A DNA stretch of 32,000 nucleotides from Dickeya solani IPO 2222 (GTDB lineage Bacteria; Pseudomonadota; Gammaproteobacteria; Enterobacterales; Enterobacteriaceae): NCBI RefSeq assembly GCF_001644705.1, contig NZ_CP015137.1:3630001-3662000 (forward strand), read 5' to 3'. The notes under the pieces were generated by a model. The model was given only the letters and a program-made list of their open reading frames with translations, was not told the DNA's origin and ran no database searches. A program made the position numbers and the translations under genes. This document shows positions 24,756 to 32,000 of this stretch, one piece after another (the stretch's first letter is position 1; every line of letters begins with the position of its first letter).

Positions 24756-25628
24756 TTACAGCAGGCGGTAATGCATCGCCCGCACCACCGCCTGTACGCG
24801 ATTGCTGGCGCCGAGCTTACGGGCGGCGTTGTTGAGATGCAGGTTGACGGTCGCCAGCGAGCGATGCAGTTTCCGGGCGATCTCTTTGGCGGTCAGCCCT
24901 TCCGCCGACCAGGCCAGACACTCCTGCTCGCGCGGGCTGAGATGCACATGGCGACAGTGATACCAGGCTTCGTCGAACAACGGGAACACGTGCTCCTGGA
25001 AGGTGTGCGCCAGTAGCCCAATACGCGCCAGCACCGTCTCAATCTCGTTGTCGGTATCAAGCCCGGTGTGGATGGCGGTGACGGTGACGAAGCCGCCTTT
25101 GGGCAGATGCAGCGGCACCGTGACGCCACACCGCATATTGTGGTTCTGCATATAGTGAGATACCGGGCGATGCTGTTCGTTCAGCACCCGGCGCAGCGAG
25201 GTGTTCTCCGGCCGACAGTAGGACCAGGTGAACGGCGCGCAGCTGTCGAGGGCGTGGATCTGTACCGGGTCGACCTGATAGTAACCGCTCTGGCACCATA
25301 GCGACACCATGTCATCCGGCACATTGTGGGTGCGCAGTAGCGAAGGGGTGATCAACTCGCCTTCCAGCGAGCGCGGGACCGGCGTGTAGTCGTAAATCAG
25401 CGCGTCAAATCCCAGTTGCCGCACATCGTCGTACAATTGCCCGAAGGCGGGTTCAAACGCCGCCGCGCCGCGATGGCCACTGTCATGGACGGCAAGCCGG
25501 GCGGCGGTTTCTCCGCAAATGGCGACGTTCCTGCTTGCAGATGTTTTTCCGCTCACGGCTATTCTCCCACCTACGGCTATTTTTTCGCTCATGGCTATAT
25601 TTTCGCTCACGGCTGTCCTCCCGGTCAC
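24756..25628 (-). CDS. LuxR-family solo regulator of the plant-associated-bacteria (PAB) subclass (XccR/OryR/PipR-like)
   Basis: C-terminal HTH LTAKEIARKLHRSLATVNLHLNNAARKLGASNRVQAV. Autoinducer-binding-type domain with MVSLWCQSGYYQVDP...PFTW, giving M at TraR position 57, W at 61, and D70/P71/W85 retained. Start ambiguous: GTG at 25628, GTG at 25610, ATG at 25592, or GTG at 25556 (the last preceded by GGGAGA). Confidence 0.85.
   Translation of the reverse strand: MTGRTAVSENIAMSEKIAVGGRIAVSGKTSASRNVAICGETAARLAVHDSGHRGAAAFEPAFGQLYDDVRQLGFDALIYDYTPVPRSLEGELITPSLLRTHNVPDDMVSLWCQSGYYQVDPVQIHALDSCAPFTWSYCRPENTSLRRVLNEQHRPVSHYMQNHNMRCGVTVPLHLPKGGFVTVTAIHTGLDTDNEIETVLARIGLLAHTFQEHVFPLFDEAWYHCRHVHLSPREQECLAWSAEGLTAKEIARKLHRSLATVNLHLNNAARKLGASNRVQAVVRAMHYRLL
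25503..25628 (-). repeat. Degenerate 18-bp tandem array (5 clear units, up to 7) at the 5' end of the luxR solo ORF
   Basis: Minus-strand units resemble ATAGCCGTGAGCGAAAAT. They translate to MTGRTA VSENIA MSEKIA VGGRIA VSGKTS (ASRNVA ICGETA). Confidence 0.8.
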
Positions 25629-25917
25629 GGTGCTGATAACGACAACCCCCGACGTTTATTGCCTGAATTAATGCAATTTGGGTGCCAGTTGGCGGCGCGC
25701 AAAAACTAGCATTTCTACTAACTACCCAGCGCGGTGAGCGACCGTTAGCGTAAATACCAGTGCCGGATTAAGGCGGTGTTAATAGAGGTTTTTATGCGCC
25801 AGTGTCACGACGATCGCGCTGTTGTTCCCCGCCGGTGTTATTGCGCCGTCCCGGCCCCGATAACGCCGGCACCGGGCAGAGTGCACTGTTTGTGTGCAGC
25901 ACGGCGGGGGAAATAAC

Positions 25918-26856
25918 ATGCACCGTTACCGTTTTTTATTGCTGCGTCCGTTGCAGATGCTGCCGGTGCTGTTCGGCATCAGCCTGATCACTTTTCTGCT
26001 GGTGCGAGCCATTCCCGGCGATCCGGCGCGTCTTCTGCTGGGCATTCGCAGCACGCCGGACGCCATCGCCCGCATTCGCGCCCAGTACGGTCTGGATGAG
26101 CCGATCTGGCTGCAGTATTTCTACTTTCTGCGCAATCTGCTGCGCGGCGAAATGGGGCGCTCTATCGTCTACAAGATCGACACCCTGCCGCTGGTGGCGT
26201 CACGGGTGGAGCCGACGCTGCTGCTGGTGCTGGGCAGTGTGCTGATTGCCCTGCTGCTGGCCGTGGTGCTGGCGACGCTGGCAGTCCGTTATCACGGCGG
26301 GCTGACGGATCAGATTATTCGGCTGGTGTCCACCGCCGGGCTGGGGTTTCCCGCGTTCTGGCTGGGGATCATGCTGATCCTGCTGTTCAGCCTGCGGCTG
26401 GGCTGGTTTCCGGTGTCGGGTTATGGCAGCAACTGGGCCGAGCGGCTGCACCACCTGTTCCTGCCGTGCCTGACGGTGGCGCTGGCGTTATCGGCGGTGC
26501 TGACCCGCAACTTGCGCGTCAGCCTGCTGGCGGAGCTAAAAAGCGATTACGTGGTGGCGGCTTGCGCTCGTGGTCAGCCGGAGCGGCGGATTTTCTGGCG
26601 ACACGTGGTGCCGAATTCGCTGGTGCCGACGCTCAACCTGCTGGCGGTGAATATCGGCTGGCTGATTGGCGGCACGGTGGTGATCGAAAGCGTGTTTGCG
26701 TTACCCGGCATGGGACAACTGCTGGTTCGGGCGATTTTCAGTCGTGATTACATGGTGGTGCAGGGGGTAGTGATGCTGTTTGCCGTCGCCACCGTGACGG
26801 TCAATCTGCTGGCCGACCTGCTGACGGTGGCGCTTGATCCGAGGATTCGCTTATGA
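25918..26856 (+). CDS. Peptide/nickel-type ABC transporter permease (DppB/OppB-like)
   Basis: MHRYRFLLLRPLQMLPVLFGISLITFLLVRAIPGDPA is a typical DppB N-terminus. Six predicted membrane-spanning segments. Start placed at 25918, after a GGGGG run. Confidence 0.9.
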   Translation: MHRYRFLLLRPLQMLPVLFGISLITFLLVRAIPGDPARLLLGIRSTPDAIARIRAQYGLDEPIWLQYFYFLRNLLRGEMGRSIVYKIDTLPLVASRVEPTLLLVLGSVLIALLLAVVLATLAVRYHGGLTDQIIRLVSTAGLGFPAFWLGIMLILLFSLRLGWFPVSGYGSNWAERLHHLFLPCLTVALALSAVLTRNLRVSLLAELKSDYVVAACARGQPERRIFWRHVVPNSLVPTLNLLAVNIGWLIGGTVVIESVFALPGMGQLLVRAIFSRDYMVVQGVVMLFAVATVTVNLLADLLTVALDPRIRL

Positions 26857-27707
26857 ACCGGACTGTTTCCGCCGTCTTCACGCGCTTCACCCCGGCGCTC
26901 TGGCGGCCTCGCCAGCCGGCGCTGTTGGCAGGCATGGTGATTCTGCTGTGCTGGGTTCTGGTGGCGCTGCTGGCGCCGTGGGTAGCGCCGTTCGACCCGA
27001 TAGCGCAAGACCCGTCGGTCAGCCTGCAACCGCCGGGCGGCACCCATCCGTTCGGCACGGACAACTACGGCCGCGACATCTTCTCCCGCGTGATATGGGC
27101 CAGCCGCATCGACCTGCAAATCAGCCTGTTGGGGGTGGTGTTCCCCTTTTGCATCGGCACGCTGCTGGGTGCGCTGTCGGGTTACCTCGGCGGCCTGACC
27201 GACACCCTGGTGATGCGGGTGATCGACGTGGTATTGGCGTTCCCGTTTCTGGTGTTGATGCTGGCCATCATCGCGGTGCTGGGGCCGGGGCTGCTCAGTT
27301 TCTATATTGCTATGGCGATGGTGGGCTGGGTGTCCTACGCCCGGCTGGTGCGCGCGCAGGTGCTGACGCTCAGGCAGCGTGACTACATTCTGGCGGCCCG
27401 TAGCCTGGGCTACAGCCACTGGCGGGTGTTGTTCATCCACCTGTTGCCGAATGCGCTGACCAGTTCGCTGGTGTTTGCGATGTCCGACTGCGTGCTGGTG
27501 TTGCTCAGCGGCGCAGCCATCAGCTATCTCGGTTTGGGGGTGCAGCCGCCGCTGGCGGAGTGGGGCGTGATGGTGGCGGAAGGGCAGAGCTTTATTACCA
27601 CGGCATGGTGGATGACCACCTTTCCCGGACTGGCGATCGTACTGCTGGCGATGGGCTTCAGCCTGCTGGCGGATGGGCTGGGCGAACGACTGGGAGCGCG
27701 ACCATGA
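26853..27707 (+). CDS. Peptide/nickel-type ABC transporter permease (DppC/OppC-like)
   Basis: APWVAPFDP...HPFGTDNYGRDIFSRVIWASR is a DppC hallmark. ATGA overlap with the previous gene. Confidence 0.9.
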   Translation: MNRTVSAVFTRFTPALWRPRQPALLAGMVILLCWVLVALLAPWVAPFDPIAQDPSVSLQPPGGTHPFGTDNYGRDIFSRVIWASRIDLQISLLGVVFPFCIGTLLGALSGYLGGLTDTLVMRVIDVVLAFPFLVLMLAIIAVLGPGLLSFYIAMAMVGWVSYARLVRAQVLTLRQRDYILAARSLGYSHWRVLFIHLLPNALTSSLVFAMSDCVLVLLSGAAISYLGLGVQPPLAEWGVMVAEGQSFITTAWWMTTFPGLAIVLLAMGFSLLADGLGERLGARP

Positions 27708-28705
27708 CTCGACTGAATGTAAACGGATTGCTGAAGGTAAACGGACTGACGCTGGAGAATCGTCAGGGGGTCCGGCTGGTGGACGCGGTTTCCTTTTCTT
27801 TGCAGAAAGGCGAAATGCTGGGGCTGGTGGGGGAGTCCGGCTCCGGCAAGACCCTGACCTGCCGGGCGCTGATGCGGCTGTTGCCGGGGGAAGGACTGCG
27901 CATCGCCGCTGGCGAGGTGTGGCTCAACGGTCAGGATGTGATGCAATTGAACGACGCGCAGATGACCAACGTACGCGGACGGCAACTGGGGATGATTTTT
28001 CAGAACCCCGCCAGTCACCTCAATCCGGTGATGACCATTGGCGAGCAGATCGCTGAAAGCCGCCGCCTGCATTTCGGCCGTAGCCGTCGCGCGGCACGCG
28101 ATGAAGCGGTCGCGCTGTTGCAACAGGTCGGCATCCCCGACCCGGTACGACGGGCCGGCAATTATCCGCACGAGTTTTCCGGCGGTATGCGTCAGCGGGC
28201 GATGATCGCCGTGGCGCTGGCTTGCGAGCCGCAGATTCTGATCGCCGACGAACCGACCACCGCGCTGGACGTTACGGTGCAGATGCAAATCCTGCGGCTG
28301 CTGGCGCAACTGCGTGAACAACTGGGCATCGCCATCATCATGATCACCCACGATTTGGGGGTAGTGGCGCAGACCTGCGACCGCATGGCGGTCATGTACG
28401 GCGGCCGTTTGTGCGAACTGGGCGATAAGCGGGCGCTGCTGTCTTCGCCGCGCCACCCTTATACCCGCGCGCTGATTGCGTGCCAGCCGATGCAGGCCGG
28501 CGGCAGCGGACCGTTGCGCACCTTGCCCGGCCAGCCGCCGCTACCGGAGCAGTTCGGCGACGGGTGCCGGTTTGAGCCGCGTTGCGCGCGGGCGGGCGAA
28601 CGCTGCCAGCGTCAGGCGCCGCCGCTAACCGGGGCCCCTGACGACGCGGCGCGACAACTGGCGTGCCATTACCCGCTGGCGGAGCAGGAAGGAGAAGCCG
28701 GATGA
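27704..28705 (+). CDS. ABC transporter ATPase (DppD/OppD-like)
   Basis: Walker A GESGSGKT, signature [12 protein letters not shown], Walker [12 protein letters not shown], and a C-terminal oligopeptide-type Cys motif. ATGA overlap; start at 27704, not the track start at 27560. Confidence 0.9.
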   Translation: MTRLNVNGLLKVNGLTLENRQGVRLVDAVSFSLQKGEMLGLVGESGSGKTLTCRALMRLLPGEGLRIAAGEVWLNGQDVMQLNDAQMTNVRGRQLGMIFQNPASHLNPVMTIGEQIAESRRLHFGRSRRAARDEAVALLQQVGIPDPVRRAGNYPHEFSGGMRQRAMIAVALACEPQILIADEPTTALDVTVQMQILRLLAQLREQLGIAIIMITHDLGVVAQTCDRMAVMYGGRLCELGDKRALLSSPRHPYTRALIACQPMQAGGSGPLRTLPGQPPLPEQFGDGCRFEPRCARAGERCQRQAPPLTGAPDDAARQLACHYPLAEQEGEAG

Positions 28706-29793
28706 ACGGGATAAGATACCCGCTGTTGGAAGCGGAAGAGGTTGATGTCACGTTCCCGGTATCGGGCCGCTTTCCCTGGCAGAAACGCGAAGTGCGGGCG
28801 GTCAACGGCGTCAGTTTGCAGATTGCTCCCGGCGAAACCCTCGGGCTGGTGGGCGAGTCCGGCAGCGGTAAAAGCACGCTGGGCCGCGCCTTGCTGCAAC
28901 TGGAGACGTTAAAACACGGCCGGGTGCGTTTCAACGGCATCCCGGTCAGCGATGGCTTGCATAGCGACGTGGCCCGGCTGCGGCAGGAAACGGCGATGAT
29001 TTTTCAGGACCCGTTCTCCTCGCTCAATCCGCGCCAGACGCTGTTCCAAAGCATCGCCGAGGTGCTAAAGGTCCATAAACGGCTATCGCCTGCGGCTACC
29101 GTCGAGCGCGTCAACCAGTTGCTGGCGATGGTGGGGTTGCGGCCGGAGCACGGCCGGCTCTACCCGCATGACCTGAGCGGCGGGCAGTGCCAGCGCGCCG
29201 GGATTGCCCGCGCGCTGGCGCTGGAACCGCAACTGGTGGTGGCGGACGAGTGCGTGTCGGCGCTGGATGTGTCGATTCAGGGGCAGATTATCAACCTGCT
29301 GATGTCGCTGCGCGCACAGATGGGGCTGGCGATGATCTTCATCGCCCACGATCTGGCGGTGGTGCGGCGGCTGTGCGATCGGGTGGCGGTCATGTACCTC
29401 GGGCGCATCGTGGAGGAAGGCCCGACCGAAGCGGTGTTCAACCAGCCGCAGCATCCCTACACCGCCGCGCTGATTAGCGCCATTCCCGATATTGATCCTA
29501 ACCGTCCGCTGCCGGCGAACGGCCTGATAGGCGAGCCGCCCAGCCCGCTGGCGCTGCCGCCCGGCTGCGCGTTTCATCCACGCTGTAGCCACGCCGTTGC
29601 CGCGTGTCGGCAACAGTCACCGTCATTACAACAGCAGGAACACCAGCGAGTCGCCTGCCTGCGCGCCGGAGAGTGGCAGCAGGCTGGCGCGTCGGTGTCC
29701 GCATCCGATGTTATTGCCGCACCAGGGACTGTTTCACCACCCATAACCATACCCACTTTATCAACAGGGGAGTCGTGCCATGAAAATAGATAA
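28702..29793 (+). CDS. ABC transporter ATPase (DppF/OppF-like) with a C-terminal extension of about 40 aa
   Basis: Walker A GESGSGKST, signature LSGGQCQRAGIA, Walker B VVADECVSALD. ATGA overlap with the previous gene. The tail overlaps the SBP gene by 14 nt. Confidence 0.9.
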   Translation: MNGIRYPLLEAEEVDVTFPVSGRFPWQKREVRAVNGVSLQIAPGETLGLVGESGSGKSTLGRALLQLETLKHGRVRFNGIPVSDGLHSDVARLRQETAMIFQDPFSSLNPRQTLFQSIAEVLKVHKRLSPAATVERVNQLLAMVGLRPEHGRLYPHDLSGGQCQRAGIARALALEPQLVVADECVSALDVSIQGQIINLLMSLRAQMGLAMIFIAHDLAVVRRLCDRVAVMYLGRIVEEGPTEAVFNQPQHPYTAALISAIPDIDPNRPLPANGLIGEPPSPLALPPGCAFHPRCSHAVAACRQQSPSLQQQEHQRVACLRAGEWQQAGASVSASDVIAAPGTVSPPITIPTLSTGESCHENR

Positions 29794-31294
29794 ACGCAAT
29801 GTGGCGACCGCTGGCGTGCTGCTGGCGCTCAGCCTGGTCAGCGAGCTGGCGCAGGCGGCCGGGATTCTCACCATCGGACGGCGTGAGGACAGCACCACCT
29901 TCGACCCGATTAAGTCGGCGCAGAACGCCGATAACTGGGTGTTTTCGAACGTGTTCGACGTGCTGATCCGGGTGGATAAAACCGGCACGAAACTGGAGCC
30001 GGGGCTGGCGCAGAGCTGGACGGTGTCGCCGGACGGTAAGGTGTACACCTTCACGCTGCGCGAGGCGCGTTTTTCCGACGGCTCGCCGGTGACGGCGCAG
30101 GACGCCGTGTTCAGCTTGACCCGTATCCGCGACAGCAAGGAGTCCTTGTGGCGTGATTCTTACAGCATCATCGACAAGCTGGAGACGCGGGATGCGCATA
30201 CGCTGGTGGTGACGCTGAAATCGCCTTCCGCGCCGTTTCTGTCGCAGCTGGCGTTGCCGAATGCCTCCGTGTTGCCGGAGAAAGTCGTCAGCAGTCTGGG
30301 TGAAGAAACCTTTGCCGAGAAGCCGATCGGCTCCGGGGCGTTTGTCATTACGTCCTGGGCGCGCGGCGACAAGATTGTGCTGGCGAAAAACCCCTATTAC
30401 TGGCAGGCGGACCACGTCAGCCTGGACGGGGTGGAGTGGCAGACGATCCCAGACGACAATACCCGTATGCTGAAAGTGCAGGCCGGCGAGCTGGATGCGG
30501 CGCTGTCGGTGCCGTTCTCACGTCTCGTGTCGCTGCAGAAAGACCCCAACCTCAAGGTGGCGCTGGACCCGTCCACCCGTGAAGACAGCTTGCTGATTAA
30601 CCATTCTCATGGGGTGCTCGGCAAGGTAGAAGTGCGCCAGGCGCTGGATTATGCGATCGATAAAAGCGCCATCGTCAAGACCGTGACGTTTAACTATGGC
30701 ACGGTCGCCAATTCTTACATTCCCAAAGGCGCGCTCTATTACTACGCCGACAACCTGCAACGCCCGTATGACCCGGAAAAAGCCAAACAGATGCTGAAGG
30801 CGGCGGGCGCATCCGATCTGAAACTGAATTATGTGGTCAACGCCGGGGATGAAGTGGACGAGCAAATCGCCGTGCTGCTGCAACAGCAACTGGCGAAAGC
30901 CGGGGTTACCGTTAATCTGCAAAAGGTCGACCCCAGCCAGAGCTGGAGCATGCTGGTGGCGGGCGATTTTGACGTGTCGGTGAATTACTGGACCAATGAC
31001 ATTCTGGACCCGGATCAGAAAACCACCTTTGTGCTCGGTCACGACAGCAATATGAACTACATGACCCGCTACCAGAACGACAAGGTCAAGGCACTGGTTG
31101 CCGCCGCGCGGGTGGAACTGGATCCGAAAAAGCGTGAGCAGATGTATATCGACTTGCAGAAGATGGCCAAAGACGACGCCAACTGGATCGATCTCTACTA
31201 CAGCCCGTACCGTAATGTGACGCGCAAGAACATCAGCGGTTTCTACCAGAACCCGCTGGGGCGTTTCTTCCTCGAAGATACGGTGAAGGGGTAA
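29780..31294 (+). CDS. Family-5 (peptide/nickel type) periplasmic substrate-binding protein
   Basis: Signal peptide MKIDKRNVATAGVLLALSLVSELAQAAG. 504 aa with SBP_bac_5-like sequence (FTLREARFSDGSPVTAQD, YYWQADHVSLDGVEW). AGGGGAG SD sequence. Confidence 0.9.
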   Translation: MKIDKRNVATAGVLLALSLVSELAQAAGILTIGRREDSTTFDPIKSAQNADNWVFSNVFDVLIRVDKTGTKLEPGLAQSWTVSPDGKVYTFTLREARFSDGSPVTAQDAVFSLTRIRDSKESLWRDSYSIIDKLETRDAHTLVVTLKSPSAPFLSQLALPNASVLPEKVVSSLGEETFAEKPIGSGAFVITSWARGDKIVLAKNPYYWQADHVSLDGVEWQTIPDDNTRMLKVQAGELDAALSVPFSRLVSLQKDPNLKVALDPSTREDSLLINHSHGVLGKVEVRQALDYAIDKSAIVKTVTFNYGTVANSYIPKGALYYYADNLQRPYDPEKAKQMLKAAGASDLKLNYVVNAGDEVDEQIAVLLQQQLAKAGVTVNLQKVDPSQSWSMLVAGDFDVSVNYWTNDILDPDQKTTFVLGHDSNMNYMTRYQNDKVKALVAAARVELDPKKREQMYIDLQKMAKDDANWIDLYYSPYRNVTRKNISGFYQNPLGRFFLEDTVKG

Positions 31295-31298
31295 GGTT

Positions 31299-31330
31299 AA
31301 CCGCTCCCGTTGACCGGGAGCGGTTTTATT
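31299..31330. terminator. Bidirectional terminator between the SBP gene and amn
   Basis: 11-bp stem aaccgctcccg / cgggagcggtt with a 5-nt loop, then TTTTATTT on the plus strand. Confidence 0.8.
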
Positions 31331-32000
31331 TACCGGAACGGTGGTTCGTTGAAGGTGCGTAGCTTGCGCGAGTGCAGGTGTTCCGCTTCGGCGCGCAGCA
31401 GGTCCACCGCGCGGATGCCGATCTGCAAATGCTCGGAAATCGCGCCTTCATAGAAGCGGTTGGCCTGACCGGGCAGTTTAATCTCACCGTGCAGCGGTTT
31501 GTCCGACACGCACAACAGGGTGCCGTAAGGCACTCGGAAGCGATACCCCTGCGCCGCGATGGTGGCGCTTTCCATGTCTACCGCCACCGCCCGGCTGAGG
31601 TTGAAGCGGAGCGCCGAAGCAGAATAACGCAGTTCCCAGTTGCGGTCGTCGGTAGTGACCACGGTGCCGGTGCGCAGGCGCTGTTTCACTTCTTCGCCCG
31701 GCATGCCGCTCACCTGCTTGGTGGCGTCGTACAGGGCGCGCTGTACTTCGGCGATACTGGGAATCGGGATGTCCGGCGGCAACACCGAATCCAGCACGTG
31801 GTCGTCGCGCAGGTAGGCATGCGCTAACACGTAATCGCCGATGGTTTGACTTTCCCGCAGGCCGCCGCAGTGGCCGATCATCAACCAGGCGTGCGGCCGC
31901 AGTACCGCCAGATGGTCGCAGATGGTTTTGGCGTTGGACGGCCCGACGCCGATGTTCACCAGCGTAATGCCGCGCCCTTCGCGCGAGATCAGATGGTAGG
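31330..32000 (-). CDS. amn: AMP nucleosidase, C-terminal part; the 5' end lies beyond the window
   Basis: ...LVNIGVGPSNAKTICDHLAVLRPHAWLMIGHCGGL...AVDMESATIAAQGYRFRVPYGTLLCVSDKPLHGEIKLPG...RTFNEPPFR matches Amn. The frame stays open to position 32000. Confidence 0.9.
   Translation of the reverse strand, partial: YHLISREGRGITLVNIGVGPSNAKTICDHLAVLRPHAWLMIGHCGGLRESQTIGDYVLAHAYLRDDHVLDSVLPPDIPIPSIAEVQRALYDATKQVSGMPGEEVKQRLRTGTVVTTDDRNWELRYSASALRFNLSRAVAVDMESATIAAQGYRFRVPYGTLLCVSDKPLHGEIKLPGQANRFYEGAISEHLQIGIRAVDLLRAEAEHLHSRKLRTFNEPPFR

Noticed and set aside
4588-25628. Whether any of the short tandem arrays could be CRISPR arrays.
   Set aside because: The units are directly adjacent with no unique spacers, the unit lengths are 15-21 bp, and there are no cas genes in the window.
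25886-25899. CTG-N8-CAG (CTGTTTGTGTGCAG) upstream of the ABC operon, considered as a lux-type box.
   Set aside because: Lux-type boxes are CTG-N10-CAG 20-mers. The flanks here are not palindromic, and the site lies only about 20 bp from the start codon. No acceptable box was found in 24163-24402 either.
26748-30415. Long antisense or off-frame ORFs across the ABC operon (26748-27440, 27524-28456, 28392-28940, 29083-29613, 29711-30415).
   Set aside because: The sense strand encodes complete permease, ATPase and SBP genes with canonical motifs and start/stop overlaps. The alternatives lack motifs and SD sequences.

Overview
All calls rest on reading the sequence and on remembered protein-family signatures; no BLAST, HMM or RNA-folding search was run.

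The window looks like a chromosomal segment of a fairly GC-rich, ERIC-containing member of the Enterobacterales. A plant-associated lineage such as the Pectobacteriaceae is likely, but that is inference only.

Gene order:
- gnd 3' end.
- yjbEFGH exopolysaccharide operon.
- A divergent pair with a low-GC core: an O-antigen-ligase/polymerase-like membrane protein and a Tat-signal secreted protein.
- A 55-aa Gly/Pro-rich lipoprotein ORF, below the size cut-off of the supplied ORF track.
- AdrA/DgcC-type diguanylate cyclase.
- GntR/FCD regulator with a duplicated winged helix-turn-helix (wHTH), divergent from an orphan 170-aa ORF and an SDR oxidoreductase.
- VirK/YbjX and a BhsA/YdgH-family protein.
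- Fur-boxed hmuSTUV haem operon, followed by a separately promoted TonB-dependent receptor.
- A signal-peptide Pgl-like lactonase, then dps.
- A plant-signal-type LuxR solo locus: proline iminopeptidase, LuxR solo with the W57M/Y61W signature, and a divergent 5-gene peptide-type ABC importer.
- amn 3' end.

Three ERIC elements (one canonical, one deleted, one expanded) sit in 5' leaders.

No tRNA, rRNA, CRISPR, transposase, integrase or recognisable defence system was seen.

Most notable observations:
1. The LuxR-solo/pip/ABC module, interrupted by a low-GC insert that encodes a very acidic Cys/His-capped 111-aa ORF convergent on luxR.
2. A recurrent pattern of 15-21 bp tandem duplications seeded at gene termini. 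Units are 15, 16 and 17 bp just past stop codons, and 18 or 21 bp (in-frame) inside the 5' ends of hmuT, the receptor gene and the luxR solo.
3. The polymerase-like/Tat-protein pair next to yjbEFGH and adrA.
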